Assembly: GCA_033764015.1 (NCBI GenBank)
Contig: JANRJK010000032.1
Coordinates: forward strand, 1-24,808
Length of the DNA: 24,808 nt
Direction of reading: 5' to 3'
Source: Candidatus Sumerlaeia bacterium
GTDB taxonomy: Bacteria; Sumerlaeota; Sumerlaeia; SLMS01; JANRJK01
In this document: positions 16,687-24,808 of the stretch, in pieces
How the letters are laid out: each line of letters starts with the position of its first letter
Position numbering within the stretch: the stretch's first letter is position 1
Position numbers and translations under genes: made by a program
The notes under the pieces: model-generated
Told to the model about the DNA's origin: nothing
The model's input: the letters and a program-made list of their open reading frames with translations, nothing else
The model's database searches: none

Positions 16687-17496
16687 ATGCGATTCCTCCC
16701 CACGCTCCTCCTTCTCTTCGCGCTCTTCGCCGCCACGGGTTGCGGCGGCCGCGCGGATTCGCCCTTCGACACCCTGGTGGGCGAACCGGTCGCGCTCGAT
16801 CCGCAGCGCATCGACGGCGTCCGCGCATTCCTCGCCGGCAGCGACCGCTACAACACCTACTCGCGCACCTCCAACGGCAAGCCGCGCGATCCCGTCTCCC
16901 GCATCCTCCTCCGCAACCCGGAGCAGCCCGACCTCTGGGACGCCTACGACACACTGGCCAACCGGATCGAGTTCGAGTTCTCCCCGGAGCGCGGCGTCTA
17001 CCTGCTCCGCGGCGAGAACGGCACCTACCGCGGCAGGATCGCCTTCGACGAGCCGCTCCTCTACGCGCCCCCCGAACTCGAACGCGGCGTGGACTTCCGC
17101 AACGAAGTCGGCTTCGCCGTCTGGACCGACAAGCGCACCACGTCGACCGGCGATGCGAACCTCGAGCTCACCTACGAGGGCGTCGAAGAGATTCCCGTGC
17201 TTGGCGAATCCCGCCAAGTGTGGCGCGTCGACTCGCGTTTCACCATCTCGATCCGCCTCCTCCTAGGCACCGTCAGCGTCTGGGTCGACCAGCGCCAGTG
17301 GCTCGATCCCGAATGGGGCGAGGTGCGCCGCGAGATCGAAGGCACCTACGGCTTCCTCGGCGTCGGACTCCGCGGCTTCAACGCAGTCCAGGAGATGACC
17401 GCCACCCGGCCCCTCGAACCCGCCGACGTGGACGCCATCCTCGCGATCTACCGCAATCCGCCCCCGCCGCCGAAGGGCCGCGTGGACGAAGAGTAA
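16687..17496 (+). CDS. Lipoprotein (269 aa), DUF3108/TapB-like beta fold
   Basis: MRFLPTLLLLFALFAATG-C; YEGVEEIPVLGESRQVWRV and QWLDPEWGEVRRE resemble the G.E.V.VPAG.F...KV and WYAPG.G.VK motifs of that group. Confidence 0.7.
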   Translation: MRFLPTLLLLFALFAATGCGGRADSPFDTLVGEPVALDPQRIDGVRAFLAGSDRYNTYSRTSNGKPRDPVSRILLRNPEQPDLWDAYDTLANRIEFEFSPERGVYLLRGENGTYRGRIAFDEPLLYAPPELERGVDFRNEVGFAVWTDKRTTSTGDANLELTYEGVEEIPVLGESRQVWRVDSRFTISIRLLLGTVSVWVDQRQWLDPEWGEVRREIEGTYGFLGVGLRGFNAVQEMTATRPLEPADVDAILAIYRNPPPPPKGRVDEE

Positions 17497-17521
17497 CCCC
17501 AAACCGAACGGAGACCCTGCA

Positions 17522-17977
17522 TTGGCCGAACCGCAGTCCTACGAGAACCACACCCGCCTCGACCCGGCGTTCCACTTCATCGGCGGCCCGGCGACGCTCG
17601 CCGGCGCGATGATCCTCATCGGCAGCTTCGTCCAACGGCTCCTCGCCGGCGCGCCCTTCCTCGAATTGCTCCCCGCCCTCGGGCTCGCGCTCCTCGGCGT
17701 CGGCTCCGTCATCGGCTTCGCCAAGATCCGCGGCTACGCGCTCCTCGTGCAGGACCGCGCCATCGCCCTCGAGGTGACGGACCGCTACCGCCGCCTCGGC
17801 GGCAAGGAGCCGCGCCTGCTGACCGAAGTCCTGGAAAGCCGCCAAGTCGTCGCGCTGCGCTTCGCCTCCGACGGCGAGCTGGTCGCGCTGGCGGACCGTG
17901 CCATCGCTGAAAAGCTAGCCCCCGCGGCGATCAAGCGCGCGATCAAGGAATGGCGCCCGGACCTGCGGCGGGTGTAG
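17522..17977 (+). CDS. DUF6526-like membrane protein
   Basis: TTG start with GGAG upstream; QSYENHTRLDPAFHF, two TM segments, YAL.VQDRAI.LE, QVVALRFASDGEL, IKRAIKEWRPDLRRV. Confidence 0.8.
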   Translation: MAEPQSYENHTRLDPAFHFIGGPATLAGAMILIGSFVQRLLAGAPFLELLPALGLALLGVGSVIGFAKIRGYALLVQDRAIALEVTDRYRRLGGKEPRLLTEVLESRQVVALRFASDGELVALADRAIAEKLAPAAIKRAIKEWRPDLRRV

Positions 17978-17986
17978 CGCCGAGCG

Positions 17987-18499
17987 CTAGGACATCCAGC
18001 GCCGGATTAGCGCCACCATCGCGAACCCGCCAACGACCAAGAACAACACCGGAACGGTGATCCCAACCACCAGCGCCATGCCGCCGGTGCGTACGACCGC
18101 CTCGTTGGGATCATCGGGATTCACCCACGCTCGGACCTTTCCACCCACGGGAAAAGGCGCCAGCTTCGCCTGTTCCGCCCCGCGGCTGGTGGAACTGGTC
18201 AGGAAGGCGTCATAGCACCGCGCCTCCCGCGTTCGTACTCCCGCCTCGTAACGGATCGTCACCATCGGGTGGTATTCGAACTCGGGTCGCATCGTGCCGG
18301 TGCGGGCGCTATGTGAGCCCGGGCCGATCACGACCACCTCCGTGGCAAGCACGGTCGCCTCCACCTCCGGCCAGCCATACCGTGCCTGTAGGTCCTTCAG
18401 CGCCTTCGCCCCGAGCAGAAACCCGCTCGCGATCCCGGCGCCGAGGAACGCCACGGCGAATAGTAGAAGGCCAAAAGTCGGGAAGGGGCGGTGGCTGAT
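17987..18499 (-). CDS. DUF3592-like membrane protein
   Basis: TM - WPEVEATVL...YHPMVTIRYE...FPVGGKVRAWVNPDDPNEAV - TM. Start uncertain: GTG 18454 cuts the first TM; an ATC at 18499 follows an AGGAG SD. Confidence 0.8.
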   Translation of the reverse strand: MSHRPFPTFGLLLFAVAFLGAGIASGFLLGAKALKDLQARYGWPEVEATVLATEVVVIGPGSHSARTGTMRPEFEYHPMVTIRYEAGVRTREARCYDAFLTSSTSRGAEQAKLAPFPVGGKVRAWVNPDDPNEAVVRTGGMALVVGITVPVLFLVVGGFAMVALIRRWMS

Positions 18500-18611
18500 G
18501 TGCGTTCGCTCCTAAAGGCTCGATGTCCGAAGTCAGAACAGAAGGCGGCTCGTCCAGAGGCCACCGAGGTCGGGGCCGACTACCTCAGCCCCTTCCGCCC
18601 CACGCCCCCGA

Positions 18612-19850
18612 TCAACCCTTCTTCGACTTGCGAAGCGCCTTGCTCCAGCCCGCGTGCTTCGCTTCCACGCGGATCGGGAGCCCCTGGATGCGGAGGAAGC
18701 CTTCGCTGTCGGTTTGGTTGAAGTCGCCGCCCGCCTCCATCGTCGCGATGTTCATGTCGTACAAGCTGAACGGCGACTTGCGGGAGGCGATGTTCACGTT
18801 CCCCTTGTAGAGGCGGAGCGCCACTTCGCCGGTGACGTTCTTCTGCGCGTCGCGGATGAACGCGAGCAGCGAGTCCATCTTCCGCGAGTACCAGAAGCCG
18901 TAGTACACCAGCTCCGCCACCTCCGGCGCGAGCCGGTCGCGCAGGTGCATCAGGTCGCGGTCCATGGTGATCTGCTCGAGCGCGCGGTGCGCGGCGTAGA
19001 GCAGCGTCATGCCCGGCGCCTCGTACACGCCGCGGGACTTCATGCCGACGAAGCGGCCCTCGACCATGTCGATGCGGCCCACGCCGTGGCGCCCGCCGAT
19101 CTGGTTCAGCGTCTCGACCAGCTTCGCCGGCGACAGCTTCTTGCCGTTCACCGACTCCGGCACGCCGTCCTTGAAGCCGATCGTGACGTTCTCCCCTTTC
19201 GCGGGGGCCTTCTCCGGGGCGACCGTCATGCCGAAGTCCACAATCGAAACCCCGTCCACCGTGAGGTCCTCGAGGATGCCCGCCTCGTAGCTGATGTGGA
19301 GCAGGTTCTCGTCGCTCGAGTAGGGCGCCTTCTTGGTGGCCTTCACGGGGATGCCGTGCTTGCGGGCGTACTCGATCATCTCGAGGCGCCCGGGGAACTT
19401 CTTGCGGAACGCCTCGTCGCGCCAGAGCGCGTGGATGCGGAGCTTCGGCTCGAGCGCGTTGGCCGCGAGCTGGAAGCGGCACTGGTCGTTACCCTTGCCG
19501 GTGGCGCCGTGCGAGTACGTGTCGGCCTTGGTGTCGCGGGCGACCTGCACGCAGGCCTTTGCGATCACGGGGCGGGCGATGCTGGTGCCGAGGAGGTAGT
19601 TGCCCTCGTACTTCGCCTGCCACTGGAGGACGGGGAAGGCGAAGTCCGCGCACAGCTCCTCGCGGCAGTCGATGTTGTGGAAGCTCTTGGCGCCGCACTG
19701 GAGCGCCTTCTTCTTCACGGCGTCCATGTCCTCGCCCGGCTGGCCGAGGTTCGCGTACACGGCGTGGACCGTGTGCCCCTCCTGGACGAGGTGGTGCAGG
19801 ATGACGGAGGTGTCGAGGCCGCCGGAATAGGCGAGGACGGTGGTGGACAT
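18612..19850 (-). CDS. argG: Argininosuccinate synthase
   Basis: VLAYSGGLDTS, YEGNYLLGTSIARP, HGATGKGNDQCRF, YSSDENLLHISYEAG, GMKSRGVYEAPG; ATG at 19850. Confidence 0.98.
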   Translation of the reverse strand: MSTTVLAYSGGLDTSVILHHLVQEGHTVHAVYANLGQPGEDMDAVKKKALQCGAKSFHNIDCREELCADFAFPVLQWQAKYEGNYLLGTSIARPVIAKACVQVARDTKADTYSHGATGKGNDQCRFQLAANALEPKLRIHALWRDEAFRKKFPGRLEMIEYARKHGIPVKATKKAPYSSDENLLHISYEAGILEDLTVDGVSIVDFGMTVAPEKAPAKGENVTIGFKDGVPESVNGKKLSPAKLVETLNQIGGRHGVGRIDMVEGRFVGMKSRGVYEAPGMTLLYAAHRALEQITMDRDLMHLRDRLAPEVAELVYYGFWYSRKMDSLLAFIRDAQKNVTGEVALRLYKGNVNIASRKSPFSLYDMNIATMEAGGDFNQTDSEGFLRIQGLPIRVEAKHAGWSKALRKSKKG

Positions 19851-20073
19851 GGACGGGAGGGTATCCTCGTAGGGGACGTTGCGGGCGCGGTTCGCGGCCA
19901 CCGGAGAGGGCGCGCGATGGGGGCGGGGCGGGTCAACGGCGGGATGGGTACCCCCCGGGGCGGCGGGCCTGTTTCCATTGACGCCCAAGCCGTCAAGTCC
20001 CGAGCCTTTGCGCTTTGCCTGTGGAGCGCCGCGCCCCGCCGGGCAATCATTCCGTGCCCGGCAAGGGACCCAC

Positions 20074-20430
20074 TTGAACCCGATCCTCCTGATCGCACAG
20101 GCCGCCCCCACCACCGGGCAACAGACGCCCAGCCTGTTCGGCGCCGATACCATCCTCTTCTTCCTCTTCATCGGTGTGATGTTCTACTTCATCATCCTGC
20201 GCCCGCAGAAGCGCGAGATGGCGGAGCGGCAGGCCGCCCTCGAATCGCTGAAGAAGGGCGACGCGGTCGTCACCACCGGCGGCCTCCACGGCACCATCGC
20301 GGAAATCGACAAGGAAGTTGGCACCATCCTCCTGCAGGTGGACCGCAACACGCGCCTGAAGTTCAACAAGTCGGCGGTCAACCCCGCGCCGAAACCCGCA
20401 GAGGCGAAGCCCGCCGAAGCCAAGAAGTAG
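20074..20430 (+). CDS. yajC: Preprotein translocase subunit YajC
   Basis: FYFIILRPQKRE...LKKGDAVVTTGGLHGTI; TTG at 20074 after AAGGGA; upstream of secDF. Confidence 0.95.
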   Translation: MNPILLIAQAAPTTGQQTPSLFGADTILFFLFIGVMFYFIILRPQKREMAERQAALESLKKGDAVVTTGGLHGTIAEIDKEVGTILLQVDRNTRLKFNKSAVNPAPKPAEAKPAEAKK

Positions 20431-20500
20431 CCCCGGCCCTTCCGCCACCCGGGGAGCGCGCACCCGGTACCAACGACGCGCAAGGACGGAAACGCATCCC

Positions 20501-21253
20501 GTGAGCGACGCCCCTCCCAAAACCACACCGCGGCGCGGACGGCGCCCAGCCACCGCGCAGAACGCCGCGCGGCCCAAGCCCGAGTACCACGCCGTCGACT
20601 TCCAGGAAATCAAGACCGACCCCGAGGTCCTCGCGCTCATCGACGCGGCGGACCGCAGCCTCGCGGAGATCGGCTACACGGACCACGGCATCCGGCACAT
20701 CGCACGGGTCGCCGCCCGCGCCATGCGCGTGATCCGCGACCTCGGACTGCCCGAGCGCGAGGCCCAGCTCGCCGGCGTCGCCGCCTACCTCCACGACATC
20801 GGCAACGTCGTCCACCGCACCGCCCACGCGCAGTCGAGCGCCATCATGGCCTTCGACATCCTCACCCGCCGCCGCATGGACCCCACGGAGATCGGCCTCG
20901 TCATGTCGGCCATCGGCAACCACGACGAGGGGATCGGCGAACCCGTCAACAACCCGTCCGCGGCCCTCATCCTCGCCGACAAGAGCGACGTGCTCCGCTC
21001 CCGGGTGCGCTCCATGACGCCGATGCTCACGCGCGACATCCACGACCGCGTGAACTACGCGGCGACCGATTCGCGCCTCGAGGTGGACCGCGAGGGCCGC
21101 TTCGTCACCCTGCGCCTCACCATCGACACCGAGGTGGCCTCGGTCATGGACTACTTCGAGATCTTCCTTGGCCGCATGGCGATGTGCCGCCGCGCGGCGA
21201 ACTACCTGAACTGCGATTTCGCTCTGCTCATTAACGAGACGCGCCTCCTCTAA
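20501..21253 (+). CDS. HD-domain metal-dependent phosphohydrolase (COG3294-like)
   Basis: GYTDHGIRH, YLHDIGN, IGNHDE, LILADKSDV.RSRVR, DIHDRVNYA, MDYFEIFL.RM.MC..AA..L. Confidence 0.88.
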   Translation: MSDAPPKTTPRRGRRPATAQNAARPKPEYHAVDFQEIKTDPEVLALIDAADRSLAEIGYTDHGIRHIARVAARAMRVIRDLGLPEREAQLAGVAAYLHDIGNVVHRTAHAQSSAIMAFDILTRRRMDPTEIGLVMSAIGNHDEGIGEPVNNPSAALILADKSDVLRSRVRSMTPMLTRDIHDRVNYAATDSRLEVDREGRFVTLRLTIDTEVASVMDYFEIFLGRMAMCRRAANYLNCDFALLINETRLL

Positions 21254-21286
21254 CCCGCGCGCCGCGAACCTCCGGAAGGCTGGAAC

Positions 21287-24049
21287 ATGGAATTCCTCCG
21301 CAGCATCGGCAAGAACACCCGCCTCGTCTGGGTGCTCATCCTCACCGTGGCGTGCCTCTACATCGTCTCGCCGACGGCCCGCTACTTCCTCACCGTGGCC
21401 AACCTCGGCCCCGAGCCCACGGACGCGCAGCGCGCCAGCCTCAACGACATGCTCGAGGAGGGCGGCGTCGTCACCCTCGGCCTCGACCTCCAAGGCGGCG
21501 TCGACTTCCTCCTCAAGGTGGAGAGCGACAAGCTGCTCCGCGCCGAGATGCAGCGCACCATCGACCGCATCCGCCGCGCCCTCGCGGAGGACGAGGTCGA
21601 CGCGCGCGTCGAACTGGCCCGCGACGCCAACCGCATCAACTTCCGCCTCGCGGACGCCACTGGGCGCAACTTCGCCACCGACGCCATCAACGAGTTCGGC
21701 ACCACCTACGACGTCACAGGCCTGGAGAACATCGCCGAGGGCGAGGTCGTCCTAACGCCCACCGCCGAATTCACCGCCGCCGTCGTGAGCGACGCCTTCG
21801 AAGGCGCCCTCACCGTCGTGCGCAACCGCGTCGACGCCCTCGGCCTCACCAACCCCATCGTCGTCCGCCAGGGGCAGGACCGCATCCGCGTCCAGATCCC
21901 GGGCCAGACTGATCCAAACCGCGTGCGCGAGACGCTCCTGCGCGCCGCGGTCCTCGAGTTCCGCCTGCTGCACCCCGAGCACGATTCCGCGATCATCCCG
22001 TTCCTCGAAGGCGGCCAGTTCTACGAGGGCGCGGGCAGCGGCATCGTCCGCAGCGACCTCCTCGTCACCGAGACCGACCCGGAGACCGGCGCCACCACCC
22101 AGAAGCTGGCGGACATCATTCCCGGCCTTCCCGCGGGCTACGAGCTCCGCCTCGGCGTCTTCCGCAAGATCGATCCGAAGACCGGCACCGTCGCGGAGGA
22201 AGTCAAGACCCTCGCCTACCTGGTCTCCGACACCGTCGACCTTACGGGCGAGAACCTGAACCGCGCGAGCTGGACCATCGACCCGAGTTCGCTCTCGGAC
22301 CCGATCGCCGTGAACCTCGAGTTCGACGGCGTCGGAGCCCGGGTGTTCAAGGATGTGACGACGGCGAACGTGGACCGTCGCTTCGCGATCATCCTGGACG
22401 ACATGGTCTACTCGGCCCCGAACATCCGCGAGCCGATCCCGAACGGGTTCTGCCGGATCACGGGCGGCTTCACGCAGACGGAGGCGAACGACCTGTCGCT
22501 GGTGCTCCGCGCCGGCGCGCTCAAGGCGCCGCTGAACGTCGTCTCGCAGGCGGCGATCGGCCCCAGCCTCGGGCGCGAGTCAATCCGCGACTCGGTCAAG
22601 GCCGGCGTCTACGGCTTCATCTTCCTTACCGTCTTCCTGCTCTACGTCTACCGCCAGTCCGGGGCGATGGCGATCGCCGCCATGGGGCTGAACATCCTCG
22701 CGATCGTCATGTTCCTCGCACTCACGAACGCGACCCTCACCCTCGCTGGTATCGGCGGCCTGCTGCTCACCATGGGCATGGCGATCGACGCGAACGTGCT
22801 CATCTACGAGCGCTTGCGGGAAGAGCTGGAGGTCAAGCCGCCGAGAGCCGCCATCACCGCGGCCTTCGCCCGCGCCTACGGCGTCATCATCGACTCGAAC
22901 ATCACCTCGCTTCTTCCCGCGGTGGTGCTCATCTCCTTCGATGTGGTCCAGGGCGGCATCAAGGGCTTCTGGCTGACGCTCGCCATCGGCCTCATTGTCA
23001 ACATCTACACTGGCGTCGTCGTGACCCGCGCGCTGGTGGAGCATTACTACGACAGGACGAAGACCGTGAAGGTCGGCGAGCTTCGTTTCCTCAACAATGT
23101 CAATGTGCCCTGGATGGGACCGAAGCTCCGCTACTCGGGCGCGGTCGTATCGGGCGCGCTCACCATCGCCTCGGTCGGCTACATCCTGATCGCCGGGCTC
23201 AACATGGGTGTGGACTTCACCGGCGGCATCGTCGCCCAGGCCGCGATCCCCGGAAAAACGGTCGAGGAGGTCCGCAGCGTCCTCTCCAAAGAGTTCGAGG
23301 ACACGCGCGTGGTCCGCATCGTGAACTCCGAGGACTTCCTGATCACCCTCTCGCAGGGGGGGGAAGACAACAGCGCGGACGCCCTCAAAGCGCACTTCGA
23401 GGGCACGATCTCCGGCGCCTACGGCACCGAAGCCGTCGTCAAGAGCGTCCAGTCCATCGACGCCGGCATCGGCGCCGAATTCTTCCAGTCCGCGCTTTGG
23501 ATGATCGCCATCACCGTGGTGATCATCGTGTTGTATCTGGCGCTCCGGTTCCAACTCATCTTCGGCGTGGCCGCCGCAGTCGCGCTGATCCACGACGTGT
23601 TCCTCTCGCTCGGCGTCTTCACCCTCATGGGTAAGGCCGTCACTATGGACATCGTGTCGGCGCTCCTCGTGATCCTCGGCTACTCGGTGAACGACACCAT
23701 CGTGGTCTTCGACCGAGTCCGCGAGGAAATGCAGGAGCACCCGACCATGGGCCTCCGCGAGCTGTTCGAGCGCGGTATCAACCGCACGCTCGGACGCACG
23801 CTCTTCACCGGCGTCACCACGCTCATGACGCTGGGCGCGCTGCTGGTCTTCGGCGGCGCGGCGCTGTCGGACTTCGCCCTCGTGCTGATCCTCGGCATCG
23901 TCTTCGGCACGTACAGCTCGATCTTCATCGCCAGCCTCGTGGCCTACCTGTGGATGGAGAAGAAGCACAAGCAGACCGGCACGCCGGCGGTCACCGCCGT
24001 GAAGACGACCCGCAGCCAGGTGAGCATGGTCGGCGCGACCGGCGAGTAA
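21287..24049 (+). CDS. secDF: Fused protein translocase subunit SecDF
   Basis: LGLDLQGG, RNRVDALG, IGPSLG, GMAIDANVLIYER (SecD part); MGVDFTGG, GYSVNDTIVVFDRVRE, GTYSSIFIA (SecF part) in one 920-aa ORF. Confidence 0.97.
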   Translation: MEFLRSIGKNTRLVWVLILTVACLYIVSPTARYFLTVANLGPEPTDAQRASLNDMLEEGGVVTLGLDLQGGVDFLLKVESDKLLRAEMQRTIDRIRRALAEDEVDARVELARDANRINFRLADATGRNFATDAINEFGTTYDVTGLENIAEGEVVLTPTAEFTAAVVSDAFEGALTVVRNRVDALGLTNPIVVRQGQDRIRVQIPGQTDPNRVRETLLRAAVLEFRLLHPEHDSAIIPFLEGGQFYEGAGSGIVRSDLLVTETDPETGATTQKLADIIPGLPAGYELRLGVFRKIDPKTGTVAEEVKTLAYLVSDTVDLTGENLNRASWTIDPSSLSDPIAVNLEFDGVGARVFKDVTTANVDRRFAIILDDMVYSAPNIREPIPNGFCRITGGFTQTEANDLSLVLRAGALKAPLNVVSQAAIGPSLGRESIRDSVKAGVYGFIFLTVFLLYVYRQSGAMAIAAMGLNILAIVMFLALTNATLTLAGIGGLLLTMGMAIDANVLIYERLREELEVKPPRAAITAAFARAYGVIIDSNITSLLPAVVLISFDVVQGGIKGFWLTLAIGLIVNIYTGVVVTRALVEHYYDRTKTVKVGELRFLNNVNVPWMGPKLRYSGAVVSGALTIASVGYILIAGLNMGVDFTGGIVAQAAIPGKTVEEVRSVLSKEFEDTRVVRIVNSEDFLITLSQGGEDNSADALKAHFEGTISGAYGTEAVVKSVQSIDAGIGAEFFQSALWMIAITVVIIVLYLALRFQLIFGVAAAVALIHDVFLSLGVFTLMGKAVTMDIVSALLVILGYSVNDTIVVFDRVREEMQEHPTMGLRELFERGINRTLGRTLFTGVTTLMTLGALLVFGGAALSDFALVLILGIVFGTYSSIFIASLVAYLWMEKKHKQTGTPAVTAVKTTRSQVSMVGATGE

Positions 24050-24063
24050 CGCAGTCGACAATC

Positions 24064-24099
24064 CGCCGCCCGGCCGCGCCGGGCGGCGCCACTTTCCTT
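24064..24099 (+). terminator. 11-bp hairpin between secDF and frr
   Basis: CGCCGCCCGGC / GCCGGGCGGCG (24064-24088) then CCACTTTCCTT, directly ahead of the frr SD. Confidence 0.45.
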
Positions 24100-24114
24100 A
24101 AGGAGAAGGCTCCC

Positions 24115-24696
24115 ATGCCCGAAGCCATCGACAAGGTCTTCAAGGAAACGGAAGAGCACTACACCAAGGCGATCCGCGACCTCGAGCACCAGTTCACCAC
24201 GCTCCGCACGGGACGCGCGAACCCCGGCCTGCTCGAGGGCGTCCGCGTCGAAGCCTACGGTTCCGCCATGGGCATCTCCGGCGTCGCGTCGGTCAACGCG
24301 CCGGACGCCCACCACCTCGTCATCACGCCGTGGGACAAGACGCTCCTCGGCGCCATCGAGCGCGGCATCCTCGCCGCCAACATCGGCATCACCCCGGTCA
24401 ACGACGGCCAGGTGGTCCGCCTCAGCTTCCCCCAGATGACCGAGGAGACGCGCAAGGAGATCACCAAGAAGGCCCACGAAATGGCCGAAAAGCACCGCGT
24501 CGGCATCCGCAACAGCCGCCGCCACGCCAAGGAGGCGATCGACGCCCTGCCCAAGCTCAAGGGCAAGAACGCCGTCGAAATCTCCGAGGACGAGATCAAG
24601 CGCGCCCACGACAAGCTCCAGAAGCTGACGGACTCCTACATCAAAAAGGTGGATGACGTCCTCGCGAAGAAGGAGAAGGAGATCATGACGATCTAG
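24115..24696 (+). CDS. frr: Ribosome recycling factor
   Basis: LRTGRANPGLLE, ITPWDK, P.NDG..VR..FP.MTEE.RKE, IRN.RR, ISEDE, QKLTDSYIKKVD....KEKEIM; SD TAAGGAG. Confidence 0.98.
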   Translation: MPEAIDKVFKETEEHYTKAIRDLEHQFTTLRTGRANPGLLEGVRVEAYGSAMGISGVASVNAPDAHHLVITPWDKTLLGAIERGILAANIGITPVNDGQVVRLSFPQMTEETRKEITKKAHEMAEKHRVGIRNSRRHAKEAIDALPKLKGKNAVEISEDEIKRAHDKLQKLTDSYIKKVDDVLAKKEKEIMTI

Positions 24697-24808
24697 CCCG
24701 GGACCGCATCCCGCGCATCCACTCGGCGGGCGGCGCCCGCAGGAGCCGCCCCCCCCCGGTTACCGCGCAAAAACATTTCCGGGCCCCCCGCCCCCCCCCC
24801 ACCACCCG

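Noticed and set aside
15111..16811. Apparent 1387-aa giant ORF (12648..16811, minus)
   Set aside because: The first 567 codons are mostly the antisense shadow of the MFS gene; the signal peptide and protein-like sequence begin at ATG 15110.
1952..24609. Many long Arg/Pro/Gly-rich overlapping or antisense ORFs (e.g. 2086..3792, 12493..15201, 14981..17266, 18654..20504, 22580..24061)
   Set aside because: Expected in ~70% GC DNA where stops are scarce; they overlap well-supported genes and lack recognisable motifs.
1..24808. CRISPR array, integrase/transposase or att sites explaining the low-GC cassettes
   Set aside because: No regularly spaced repeats, recombinase motifs or flanking direct repeats could be identified by eye.
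24740..24808. C-rich tail as terminator or terminal repeat matching the left end
   Set aside because: Homopolymer-rich edge sequence of doubtful quality; the resemblance to the left end is only compositional.

Overview
GC-rich bacterial chromosome segment, probably from a diderm (lipoproteins, many secreted proteins); the lineage cannot be fixed from sequence alone. Housekeeping genes: dnaX, gcvPB, a CPD photolyase, a TIGR02757/DUF2400 protein, argG, yajC, an HD phosphohydrolase, fused secDF and frr. Also present: an MFS transporter, a large secreted serine hydrolase and several lipoproteins or secreted hypotheticals. The most unusual content is at the left end, where two lower-GC two-gene cassettes (162-1915 and 3846-5359) flank dnaX. 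Each is a small signal-peptide-bearing Cys-rich protein (10 and 12 mature Cys) translationally coupled to a larger secreted protein of unknown function. The two small proteins share a 28-residue four-Cys pattern, and both cassettes have GGAGG placed 7 nt before the second start codon. Other points: a PhzF-family 3' remnant, a Tyr/His-rich secreted protein with a duplicated YSYRDGD hairpin motif, and a probable ATC start codon. No tRNA, rRNA, CRISPR array or transposase was recognised. The first ~120 and last ~70 nt look like low-quality contig-end sequence. All family calls come from motif recognition, not database searches.
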